DNA from: Balanoglossus misakiensis
Taxonomy: Eukaryota; Animalia; Hemichordata
Assembly: GCA_040954595.2 (NCBI GenBank)
Contig: CM082579.2
Coordinates: forward strand, 15,352,550 to 15,416,549
Length of the DNA: 64,000 bases
Direction of reading: 5' to 3'
Translations under genes and position numbers: made by a program
Part shown: positions 12,458 to 24,263 of the stretch, one piece after another
How positions within the stretch are numbered: the stretch's first letter is position 1
Layout: every line of letters begins with the position of its first letter
Notes under the pieces: model-generated
Told to the model about the DNA's origin: nothing
Database searches by the model: none
What the model saw: only the letters and a program-made list of their open reading frames with translations

Positions 12458-14400
12458 AATTAAAGTTGCAAGCAGCGTTGGCGGGGCACAAGCGGTTCCC
12501 ATGGTAACAAGCAAATGCCAAGGCTGTATCTGCTGTGGATACCAAGATATTGGAAAGTAGGTCAAAGGTCACCTGAGGTCACCCCAAATTTGGGCAAAAA
12601 AATCGGACCCCATACTAGTCTAGGTCCAACAAAAACCAAACACCTAGCTCTATTGGTTCGCCTAGAATTAGGTATGCGCATAATTAATGAGGTCTTGTGT
12701 AAGACTCCATATCTGCTCCATCGGCCCTCCAAAAGCCAGGACTCTAACTGCTGTGGATGCTGAGATATGGGAAATTAGATCAAAGGTCATCCAAGGTCAC
12801 CCAAAATTTGGGCATAAAATGTTGACCCCAGAGTGGGCCATGTCCAACTAAAACCAGACCTCTAGCCCTATTGGTTAGCCTGGAATTAGATATGCAGAAA
12901 AATGATGTTTCAGAAATAGGTCAAGGGTCATTGCCAAAATTACCAAAATAGTTGTGTCATGTCCTGGCAGCATTGGTACCCATGTCCACAAAATTCATGA
13001 CTGTGGTGCTTTTACAAGAGGAGGTATGGGGATATGCATATATAATTAGTTGTTTTAAAACTGGGTCAAAGGTCATGTCAAAATTGCCCCGAAAAATTGT
13101 AACAACTTCCGGTCATATGATGACTCATATCCAAAAAAAGAATTTACGTGCTGTCAACATTTTGGCTACAAAACAGAATTTTCATTTTTCAATGGTTTTC
13201 CGAAAATCCAACATGGCCGCCATAATGATCGACCAATCACAGTGCGCTTCGCAAACTTGATAAACATAGGTTAGGTGACCACATACCCCGAATCCTGTGA
13301 CTCGGCAATCGCTGGTTCTGGAGAAGAAGATTTTTAAAGTTTTAAGTAGTTTTTCAGAAAATCAATTGTAGCAAAAAAACTTTATGTGTGACGTCATGAT
13401 TTCAATGGGGTAAAATGATGGACAGAAGGTAGGCTACCTGTACACCAAATTTGAACTCGATCGGCCCAGTAGTTTTTGAGAAGGACTCGTTTAACGATTG
13501 TCAGGAAATGCAATATGGCCGCCAGGTCACGTGACTAATTAAATATTCACGAGCCACTGCACGTCTACTCATTGGCCCCTATCACCCTACCAAGTTTCAG
13601 CCCCCAAGGTGCAGCGGTTTTCCAGATCTACCTGGCCGAATTTCTCGGAAGAAGAAGAAGAAGAAGAAGAATTAAAGCTGCGAGCAGCATTGTTGGGCCC
13701 AAGCGCTGATCTTGAATTATATATGCACAGTATGAATGAGAAGAAACAGAATTTTCTATCGGATGTATTATCTCATGACATAACAATGATGTGTGTATTT
13801 TTGCTGCTGAAATAGGGTGAAGTAGGTCAAAGGTCACCTGAGGTCACCCAACATTTGGGCAATTTTTTTTTACCCATACTGGTCCATGTCCAACAAAAAC
13901 CAAAACTCTAGCTCTATTGGTTCGCCTGTAATTAGGTATGTGCATAATTAATGAGGTCAGCAGAGGTCAAAGGGGTCATGAAAAGTAGCAAAATATTTTG
14001 ATCACACACTAATCCACATTCATCAAAAACCAAACCTCTAGCCCTATAGGTTAGCCTGGAATTAGATATGCAGAAATAATAACGCGTGATAATTAGGTCA
14101 AAGGTCATGTGAAAAATCGCCAAAAAATTGTTATATATTTTAGTCACATGAGAATTGATATCCATAAAAAGAATTTGTATGCTATCAATTTTTGGACTAG
14201 AAAAAGGAATTTCAATTTTTCTCTGTTTTTTACAAAATCCAATATGGCCACCATAATCTTCGACCAATCACAATGCTCTTTGCAAACTTGATAGACATCA
14301 GTGTAGTGACCATACTCCCCGAATCTTGCGACTCAGTCATCGCTCGTTCTGGAGAAGAAGATTTTTGGAGTTTAACTATGGTTTTACAAAAAAACAATAA
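12458..14400 (-). mobile_element. Two head-to-tail Helentron-type non-autonomous elements (family 1); second copy truncated at ~14400
   Basis: The 3' end motif (reverse complement of ...GCTGCTTGCAGCTTTAATT) occurs at 12458 and ~13670; a (GAA)n tract lies at the junction; internal ~200-bp repeats (GGTCAAAGGTCA...GGTCACCC). Related to the + strand element at 20331-22380. Confidence 0.7.
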
Positions 14401-15094
14401 ACCCGCTGTACCTCCGCATGTCTCCACAAGAGCTAGGAGCTCAAAATCGGTCGGACGCAGACCAGCGGTCTGTCAGGTGTAGTAACCGTAACACCAATAA
14501 AGGTAGGTTTTCATTGATTCTAATAGGTCTCCGTTCATCAACATTTCAAATATTCTCCATAATCCAGTAGTTGCCACTGTACTTGAATGAAATATTTCCT
14601 TTCAAACTTCCAAATGGTAACCGAATCTCAAATCGCAAATCTTTCCATTTTAATAACGAAGTCGGATGCCGAAATTACCAACTCACTTTTTCTATCAGAC
14701 TCCATCATTCTAATACTTTACTTCAATGTTCAAAAATTGTGTAAAACAATATCCACTCTCAATCTATATTTCAGGTTTAACGGCGTAATGGCATCCCCGG
14801 CCTTTGCTCTATCATAGAGGCAAATGGTATTATCTCTTCCAGTGGAAAAGTTGCGGAGCTGTACGTATTCTCCCTTCTATAATCTGTTCAGCCACTTCGG
14901 ATTTTCTTTCCAGAATTTAAGTTCCAGAACGTTGCCATCGTGCTGCATACAAGGCACGCTAAACAGTTTCCCGTTGGCGGAATTCCGGATCTCGACATCC
15001 TCCATGACGCGCAATTTCACAGCCATGCCTTGGCTGGTTGCAGATGATGGAGCTAAGGTACGTAACAATCGCACCCCGAAACGCCTGGGCCCTT

Positions 15095-17576
15095 TTTTAG
15101 CTCACGTGAAAATCACGTGAGCTAATGGTTTAGCGATGTCTGTGTGTGTGTATGTATGTGTGTGTGTCTGTCTGTATACCCGATATCTCAAGAACCGCTG
15201 AACCGATTTCAACCAAATTTAGTACACAGGTTCAGATATCATATGGCAAGAACTGAAAAGGTTTTGGTGGGTGTGGCTTTGATATTAATGAAGTTATTAA
15301 AGTTTTAATTTTTCTATTACATGGTTGTCTATGAGAGCTTTCGTTAATGCCGCATATATGACCAGTGGAAACGGTAGTTTGAGGAGATCGACTGTTTGAG
15401 GGCGCTGTGGAATGAGAAAGTCCAGTTTAGCTGTAGCTTGGGCTGTAGCTGTGTTATAGTATATAGCTCTGTGCTCAGACAGTGTACTCGTCATTACAGT
15501 TAGACAGTTTCAGGATCTAAATGGCAAGAACTGGAAAGGTTTTGGTAGGTGTGGCTTGGATAGTAATGAAATTATCAAATTTTTAATTTGTGAAATGAGA
15601 CATTCCTGGCGATATTGCCGTGGTTCTGGATCTGGTTCTCTTAGTGGACACGACTATACTCCACGGGCGATAATATGGTTTTTTAGGGTTAGGGTTAGGA
15701 GGGTTAGGGTTAGGGTTAAATTCACCCTCACATTGCCACCCCTAACCCTCCTAACCCTAACCCTAACTCACCCTCATTGCCATGGTATCGTTGCCATGGG
15801 GTATAGTCGTGTCCACTAAGAGAACCAGATCCGTGGTTCTGTCCATGCTCAGACGCTGTACCCGTCGTTACGAATAACTTCCCTACGTGAATCCACAAGG
15901 AAGCTAACGTTGTTTAGTTGCTTCATAGAGCGTAAATTGTTAATCTACAGTCAATCTCAAAATGTCACCAGGCTTTCTATTTGTCTATTGTTCAGAGAAA
16001 TATAACATGGCGGTTGATCACACTAAACAGTAAAATCCGTTTTGTGTGTTTATAGGCAGTCTGTTATCGCCAATACTATATAGCGATTGCTAGATGGCCT
16101 ACCCAATATGTGATCGAGCGAGAATGATAACATTGAATGTCTGTTCAGATCTCATTCCGTACGTCATACGTCAACATTTCGATTTCGATTTAATCCATTC
16201 ATAAAGAATTTAGAGAAAGTCGTCTTGAATTGTGACCCTGACTATCAATTTTACGATGATTTTTTGGCGACGGAATACACGAGACGCCATTGCATTATAA
16301 CTAGGTCAGCTGGACTTCCAAGGTTACCATTTTGTGTGTATGGAATCTTATCACAGAGACCACGTACTTTGACAATATGCCATGCTATATCAATGACGCC
16401 CCAGAAAATCTGTCGAAAAATGAATTTGTCTTCTCATGGTGGTGCAATATATTTTAATGTCTATTTTGAGGTTGATTTTGGTTTTTGGCTAACATGTATA
16501 TCAATGTCAGCTTATAGCAATATTAACTGGAAAAATGTTCAAATAGTCAAAATTGAAAAACTTAATAACAGCGGATCAGATTCAGTTAAAAATTGGCGTG
16601 CATTGGTGTGCAAGTACTTTGGGAAGACCTCGTATGATTTTGTTCAGGTGGAGTCAGTATCTGGCGTTTGCTATTTTTTATGAATTTTTGGGGGAATTTT
16701 CTGCAGTTTTGTTTAAAAAAATTCTTCTCTGAAATTACGTGTCCAATTGATTGGAAACTTGGTATGGAGGTTCATAGGGCTTACCTGAATCACATTTGTG
16801 CAAACGGTGGTCAAATTTGCAAAAATGCATTTTTGGGCAATATTTCCTGTTTTTGTCAAAAAATCAAATCCTGTGAAACTGTAAGTGCAATTGTTTTGAT
16901 ACTTTGTATTTGGGTTCCTAGGGGTGATCTCAGTCAGATATGATCAAATTGTAATGAAATTTGCATAATTGTATTTTTGGGGAATTTCTGCAGGGTTTGG
17001 CCAAATAGTCTTCAGTAAAACCACAAGTCCAATTGATTGGAAACTTTGAATGGGAATTCATATATGTGATATCAGTCAGATTTGTCTGAATTTCCTGTTG
17101 TTTGCCAAAATGTCTTCCTTATTGAAACTTGTTAAAGAGGTTCTTAGGCATGAACAGAAATCAAGACCTGATGTAAACTCAGAATTGAAAAGAAATGTTT
17201 TCATTCAAATATTGTCGAAATATCAATATGTGTGATAGTGTACTTTTCTATCCTGGTTATGGTTCAAATATGGAGTTGTCACAATAATGAAATAATAAGA
17301 GGCACTGATCAGTATTCAACAATTAGGTTACAAGGGGGAGTGCAGGGGTTTCAATTTAAACTTATTTTTTGTTATTTGACATCGTCCCTAACCCCTTACA
17401 AAAATTGACAAGGCAACAATTCCACAAACATGTTTACATTTCACAATGGTGCAACACACAACCCTTACACCATATACACTATAAACCAAAATGGTTTAGC
17501 ACTGGTTTTTCTAATCTTGTTATTCTGTCAACCAATCACAGTACTGCACGTGAGCATATTCAGTTAATATCTGGTT
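15095..17576 (+). mobile_element. Helentron-type non-autonomous element (family 2), ~2.5 kb
   Basis: 5' palindrome TTAGCTCACGTGAAAATCACGTGAGCTAA followed by a GT/GTCT microsatellite; subterminal CACGTGAGC near the 3' end; inserted in a T run. Empty site seen at ~32930 (GGGCCCTTTTTT|GTGTGTAGTC on - strand). Second copy at 48202-50563. Confidence 0.85.
15628..15832. mobile_element. Merlin-like MITE with internal telomere-type repeats
   Basis: 32-bp perfect TIRs starting GGATCTGGTTCTC; 8-bp TSD GTGGTTCT (15620-15627, 15833-15840); internal (TTAGGG)n facing (CCCTAA)n; empty site in the sister element at ~50200. Confidence 0.85.
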
Positions 17577-19932
17577 GTGTGTAGTCATTGTGGGTATGTT
17601 AACCTCCCATGTCCTTCATTTTTAGAAATTTAGTATACAAAACTGGATGACCGATTATGTTTTAGAGACCTTTCCCGAATCCACCTGAAGCCCAGTCGGA
17701 ATGTCTTGGGATGTAACCTAAATTCAATATGGCCGCCTCCATGCGTTCACTTGCATTTGAAAATACGTTGATTTTATCGTCGATTAGCGGTGTTTATTCT
17801 CAGTATCAATTTAAACGCGGCACTCGCTCACAAGTCATATTCTAGAAAGAAAGAAAAAATGATAGTTTCGAGTACAGATTACATGTATTTTAAAACGAGG
17901 TTTGGTAACAATGGTATCACTACTAAATGACTTACAATCGATGTTTTTAATTGTCTTTGCACCACAGTATGAATCCGGTGATGGTAAATCGCATTCAACT
18001 TAGAAGGCATGGAGAAAGCGCAACTGATGGTAACTGGGATGCCAAACTGAAACTTTTGGGAGAGAAAACCTTGCCATGTACGGACGTGGGTGTCACAGTT
18101 AAACTTGGGTTAAATACTACAGCGACAACCGAAGTCCCATTGAGATATGATATGTGGTAGTGCATGTCCACATGAGTGCCGTGTACTAGCCTCTCTCTCT
18201 GTAAATCCATCCAGGCTACTGCTTTCTGTACATTGGAGAGAAATGAGAACAAGATGGTTAAATCATATTTTGTATAAGATGGTGTTGACGAAAATAAGAT
18301 GCATGTGAATTGTAGGACTGAAATGTTTCTGTAATGAATACTAAATTAAAAGTTCACAACTTGCATGCAGATAGTAAGTGCTGGGGAAGTTGCAGGGTGG
18401 AGATTGCTTTGGTTTAGTTAACTTACTCAATCTTTGTGACTGTTGCATTTCTTGATTGATAGAGTAGTGTACATGCATTGGCAGGTTTTCTAATATGGCC
18501 TCCTCTGTACCCAAGGTCTGGCATAAGGTGGGACACTGTAAGTATTTGCCGTCTGACACAGAAGATGCCACTTCTAGAAAAAAATAAGAAGGACAGAATG
18601 TGATTGGTAAGACACAGAGACGTGAACATGTACACAAAATGATAGGAAATTGGTGGAAGCAAGTACTGCAGTTAATACTTACTCATCTATGTCTATTCCC
18701 TCAAATATCCCTTCTACCATATCATCACCATTTGGTTCTTTTAACACCTTAGGGAAAAATTGAGAGTTACATTAGAAGCACCGACAATAGGAGGGGGGGG
18801 TAAGGTTTGCAGAGAACAAGTTTTTTTTATGAACATTTGTGAAAATCAGAAATTAGTGACATGTAGGATTTCAATTTTATGATGTAACATTGTTTTCTTT
18901 TCAACATCAGTTCTCTGAGTAAAAAGATGGCCATGTAAATTTTCTCTAAGTTTGTTAGAGAAATAAAGTACATGTACAACTTTAATGTTTCACTAATTGA
19001 GTTTCAGTGTTCTTGTATTGTCTCCTTTGCCCCATGTCAACCTCAAAGTAAATATCAAATTTGCCATTTTTGACTTATTTGTCCTTGTAGTGGGCCACAT
19101 AGCATTTTAGTGCAACTTATGAAAATCTGAAGAACCAAATGCCTAATTTACCCACTCTGCACAGATTTATGTCAATGGTACTGACTTGATGATCGGTATA
19201 GCGCCCTCTGTGGTAGGGGGTGGGGGGTTAACCTAGCCTTTATATGTTTATCCCTGTCCGGTTCCATTCCAATTGTATCTATGGTAACCTTATTATCAGC
19301 AGTAAATGCCACAATTGTAAAACAGCAATAATTTTAGTATCAAGCACTCTGTGGAATTAAATATACCCTGTGTATTCTTTGATTCCCATTAGTAATCATG
19401 CAACTTTGCCATTTTGGGCCTTCTGATTTGCTGTATGTGCTCACTAGTCCTTCCCAACGTCTCTGAATTAGAAGGCCATTGTCATTTGTATAGTGTAGAC
19501 ACATTTCATTTTAGTACAACTGATGAAAGTCTCGTGAAAAACCAAATGCTTAATTTACCCACTGTGCAAAGATTATCTGAATGATATTGTGTTGATCGTC
19601 ATATAGTATAGCGCCCTCTGCGGTAGTATTTGGATGATTGTGCCAGGGAGAAGGGGGTACTGAGGGAGCAGATGCAGATGACAGCAAGGCATATCCACTG
19701 AACAATGAGACGGTACGTGTTGTCAGCATTCAGGGAGAGTAAAAAGGGGAGCGCAAGAGACCAGGATGAAGAGACGAGCAGTATTGCATCATCTGTGGAA
19801 ATAAATGCCAAGAGAAGGTAAGTGTGGAAGACAAGCACTTAGGGGTTATAAACAAATGTTTTTTTGTGGACAGTTATAGTATCAAGCATTGTGGAATTAA
19901 ATATACACAGTGTGTGTTGTGTGTTAGATAGG

Positions 19933-20145
19933 TACATACATACATACATACATACATACATACATACATACATACATACATACATGCATGCATACATAGA
20001 TACATAGATACATAGATACATGCATACATGCATACATGCATACATGCATACATGCATGCATGCATGCATGCATGCATACATACATACATACATACATACA
20101 TACATACATACATACATACATACATACATACATACATACATACAT
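19933..20145. repeat. (TACA/TGCA)n microsatellite
   Basis: Seen directly; inverted counterpart with the same flank at 24068-24296. Confidence 0.95.
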
Positions 20146-20179
20146 GGAAAACACACAGCAAATGGACTCCCTTTTTATC

Positions 20180-20252
20180 ATCCTCACCAGGAATCGAACC
20201 AGGATCCCTTATCACAAAGTGACAAGTGCGTTAACCATTACACCATGAGGAT
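20180..20252 (-). pseudogene. tRNA-like sequence (tRNA pseudogene or SINE head, Gln-like 5' end)
   Basis: ATCCTCA-TG-GTGT AATGGTTA ACGC-A-CTTGTCACTTTGTGATAAG-GGAT-CCTGG TTCGATT CCTGG-TGAGGAT: 7-bp acceptor stem, D arm, A and B boxes; anticodon arm too long for a standard tRNA. Confidence 0.7.
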
Positions 20253-20330
20253 TGTTTTATCTCCACTAACTGCCAACACACTGTCCAATTGCACATTCAC
20301 TCACTGACATATTCAACACACCAGTTTTTT

Positions 20331-22380
20331 TATTAGGGGACCAAGCGCCCTCAGGCGCTTGGTCCCCTTCTGTTATTGCTGGAGTTTTTCTTCTTTCTTC
20401 TTGAGTCGTTTTTTTGCGCCCGTTTTTCTCTGAAATTCCGGCAGCTGCGCCTACCAAATTTTGCACGGTGGTTGGGGCCCATGAGTACTAGTGCACCTGC
20501 CCTTTGAATTTGTAATTAGTCACGTGACTTTGTGTCTGTAATCGAGCGAAATTTTCAAATTGACCTAATGTGCACGTTAATGGGGGCATGTACATTCTTT
20601 TCGCGATTTTTGTAGACTATGTGGCCAAAATCGCCTGTGCCAAATTTCAAGGTCCTAGGCCAAGTCGATTTTGAGAAGAAGATTTTTGTAATATTTTTCG
20701 CATTTTTTGGTGGGCTGAGGACGAACACTTGGGTATCGGACTTTCACTGTCATTACGTAATCCTGCGGAGGTCTCATTAGCAGGGTACACACTTCGTTGG
20801 AAAATCGGCTGAAATACGTAAACAGACCAGTGATTATTTTCCACGGAATGAATTTTGGGACAACACATTATCAGAGTTCAGTCTGTGTTAGGGCGTTTTA
20901 TTGAAGTACGCTGAGTTTGTTAGCTGTTGCCATTCAAATGTTTCTATCCAGACCCGGCTACACTGGTTAACATTGCGGCAGTGGACTTTGACCCTCAGTC
21001 GCTAATGGGCGAGTCAGGTTTCATTAGCATGGTAGTCACATGTAGTGGGTATTAGTTCGGGAAATCGGCCGAATACGTAAGCAGACCAGTGATTTTCTTG
21101 CACGAAGGGAGTATGGTACCAGCAATAATCAGAGATCAGGCTTCGTTGCCGTTCAAAAGTTCCTACTTCAGTCAAGACATTGCAACTGGATGTTCAGTAT
21201 GGGGGTCGGCTCGCAGGTGGCCGTGGGGGTTATCAGGTCGCCCGTAATGGCACGTAGGTTCATGCAGCTGTATGGGACCAAAATAATACGCCCGTTTCGG
21301 GGGTCACCTGCGTAACTCAATTATGTGCATGCGTAATTGTGGGGTCAATGAAAGGGATGCTAGCGTGATTTTTGTTGCACATGGATCAATATGAAGTCCG
21401 ATTTTCCTGTCAAGTTGTGGGCGACCTTATGTGACATTTCACCTGCTTTTGCTTAGTGAATAAAAGCAGATGCATGCAGGTTTGGAGTGGGGGGATATAC
21501 GGATAGGACCATAATGGTATACCAAAGGCGGGGTCACCTGTTGCACCTGCCAAAGTCATTGATTTTGTACATTTAATTTTACACTAACCAACGGGGCGAT
21601 ATGTGTGGTTTTTGTTCCACAGGGACGAATGTGTGTCAGTTGATTTTTGCCCAAACGTATAAGGTGATTTGGATGACCTCTGTCGTACAGTGCCACATCT
21701 CAGCACGTTGTACAGGTGCAGCTTTGGTATTTGGAGGGATGAAATTATCATGAAATGCCAAATACAAGGGGATACCTGTGACACCTGCTTGATTCATGTA
21801 TTACATGTATACCTAATGGTAGGCAAAGTGGAAGGGCTGCAGATGCATGATTTGTTGCACATGACATAAACAGGAATGACAATTTATTGTCAAATTTTTG
21901 GGTGACGTCAGGTGTCCATTGACCTGCTTTCCATATGTTAGCATGCACATCATATATAGCCAGGTGTTTGGAGGGGTAGGGTAGGACCCTCTGTGTCATG
22001 AAATGCTAAATTCCTGGGGCCACCTGTAACTTACTTGCGTAACTCATTATTATGGCCATATCTAATTTGACAAACCCAAAGGGCGGGGATTTTCCGTTGT
22101 CTTGAATATGAACCAAAAGAGAATCCTAATTTTTGTCCCAATTTTGGGTACCTCAGCTGACCTTTGATGTACTTACTGAAGTACTTACAACGTAGAAGTT
22201 CACCTTTGGTTGTTGTGTTTGTACTTGTAGGACATGCATTTCGGGTGGTTGCCTACTTCCCAATATCTCAACATCGAGAGCAAATACAGTCTACGCATTT
22301 GAATTGTACAACACTGAATGGAGTCTAATGGTTATTCACACTATGCTTGGGCCCCTTCAACGCTGCTTGCAGCTTTAATT
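20331..22380 (+). mobile_element. Full-length Helentron-type non-autonomous element (family 1), ~2.05 kb
   Basis: 5' hairpin AGGGGACCAAGCGCC-CTCA-GGCGCTTGGTCCCCT, TTC-rich tract, 3' subterminal GCTTGGGCCCC and end GCTGCTTGCAGCTTTAATT; inserted in a T-rich site; empty site in the opposite arm at ~26625-26645. Confidence 0.8.
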
Positions 22381-24067
22381 TCAATAAAAATTCACAAATG
22401 CATGTGAGAAATAACAGAGAGTCAGAAATTGGCATCCACAGGAGTTACTGCATTGCTATATGGTATTATAGAGCAGCCAATGCAGTCTAACACTTTTATT
22501 AGCTTATTAAAGGCAGAAAGTCTCTTTGCTGCCCTTTTTTAATAATTATGTGTGATACAAGAGACTGTTGATGTGGATATATAGTGAATCAACGTTCGAC
22601 CACACACAGCTTCCATCCCGTTTGTAGGATATGACAGTAAAAACTCGCCCAAAATGAATAAATGGTAAAGACCAATTATTCATTTTGGCAAGATTTTTCA
22701 CTCTCGTGTCTACAAGCAGTGTGTGTTGTTGAATGTTGATTCACTATATATCCACATGTACATTAACATAAATGGTGTCTTGCATCAAACATAATTAATG
22801 GAAAAGGGTCCCTTTAATTTATATACTTATCAAATTGTAAGCTAACCAATATGGTTAGAAGTCCGATTTGCTTGGACGTGAACCAATATGATCTATCAAA
22901 ATTTTCTGGTAAAAGTTTGAGTAACTATAACGTGTGCTTTCACCTTTTTTCATCATGTTGCTTGGGCCCTGACAATGCTGCTTTATAGCTACTACAGGAT
23001 TAGATTACTTCCATTTGGCAGTAGCATATAAGTGTAATGGTGTAGAAAGTTTATCCTGTTTACTGGAAGAGGAATTGCAAGAGAAACCATGTGTTATAAA
23101 AAAAAACTAGAAGATATTAAATAGCCTTAGTAAACATTTCCCAGAAACATTTCAATGAACAGTTACCATAATGTACTTTACATTAGAGTCAGAGGTGACT
23201 AAAAGGCTAATATTGTCATTTGTGAAATGTACACAATTGTATTTATATTGTCGGTGAACTGTTTAGCTGTGTTGTCAGTTATGTTGAGCTTATTAGATTG
23301 GGTGATTGTCTTATTGGGTGAGTGGTGTCACTGTCTGTCACTTTTCTTTACTGAAACCACGGGGCCAATTACTTTGAAATTTAGTATGCAGGTTCCTAGG
23401 GTGAAGTTGGTAGAGTTTATGTAAATTGTGGTGAAATGTGTAATTTTTGATCAATTTTAGTTGTGTTTAGTTAAATTCTTTGTACAATTACTTTGAAATT
23501 TAGTGTGTAGGTCCTTGGGGTTGATTTTACTGGAATTTGCTCAATTTGTGACAGAATGTGGAATATGTTATTTCGGAAGCAATTGCTTGTTTGGTCTTTT
23601 TTATTTCATAAACCAGATACTGTGATTGTTTTTCTGTTCTTTTTTGTATGTGTGTCTATTTTCACAATTGAAATAAATTAATATAAGGCTATATAAAATA
23701 AATTGGTGTTTTATGCTTTTTGTGTAAGTATGAATGTATGTATGTGTGTAAGAAGATTGATATTGTTTGTATGGTTGATATCAGATATCATATGTCTTAT
23801 AGTGAGAAAGAAACCACTACACAATCCCTAGTAGTATTTGTGGTAATATATCTGTTTTGAGAATATAGCCCATTAGTATATTGTAGTCTTTGTACAACTT
23901 TTCTTCAAAATGTGTTATATGAACAAATAAAATATGGCAAGAAGATGAATTGTTTCGAAGAATGAATCATAATAAACAGTAGAATTTGGTCAATTTTTGT
24001 TCAGGCATAATGAAATAGCTTGTACATGAGCTTGCACGACGGTATTTGGTCAATACAGGGCGCATGC

Positions 24068-24263
24068 ATGTATGTATGTATGTATGTATGTATGTATGTA
24101 TGTATGTATGTATGTATGTATGTATGCATGCATGCATGCATGCATGTATGTATGTATGTATGTATGTATGTATGTATGTATGTATGTATGTATGTATGTA
24201 TGTATGTATGTATGTATGTATGTATGTATGTATGTATGTATGTATGTATGTATGTATGTATGT
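24068..24263. repeat. (TATG/CATG)n microsatellite
   Basis: Seen directly. Confidence 0.95.

Larger units (their letters stand above)
14400..18747 (+). pseudogene. Copy A of the tandem OB-fold gene (rearranged pseudogene)
   Basis: 5' exon and intron 14400-14774; ATG 14788; OB1 exon inverted in place (14801-15058); 2.5-kb insertion in the next intron; frameshifted OB2 exon 17968-18139 (KLLGEKTLPCTDVGVTVKLGLNTTATTEVP) with donor mutated to TT; terminal exons 18683-18747 and 18423-18573 now on the - strand inside a second inversion. Confidence 0.75.

Noticed and set aside
15680-15770. True telomere or chromosome-fusion scar
   Set aside because: The repeats lie inside a MITE with TIRs and a TSD, and the empty site is visible at ~50200.
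16225-16683. 152-aa ORF (and the 168-aa counterpart at 49138-49644) as a transposase
   Set aside because: Non-ATG start, no motifs, and the two copies diverge at an indel; the match reflects the duplicated non-autonomous element.
20180-20252. Functional tRNA gene
   Set aside because: The anticodon arm is non-canonical and each copy has a T-stem mismatch.
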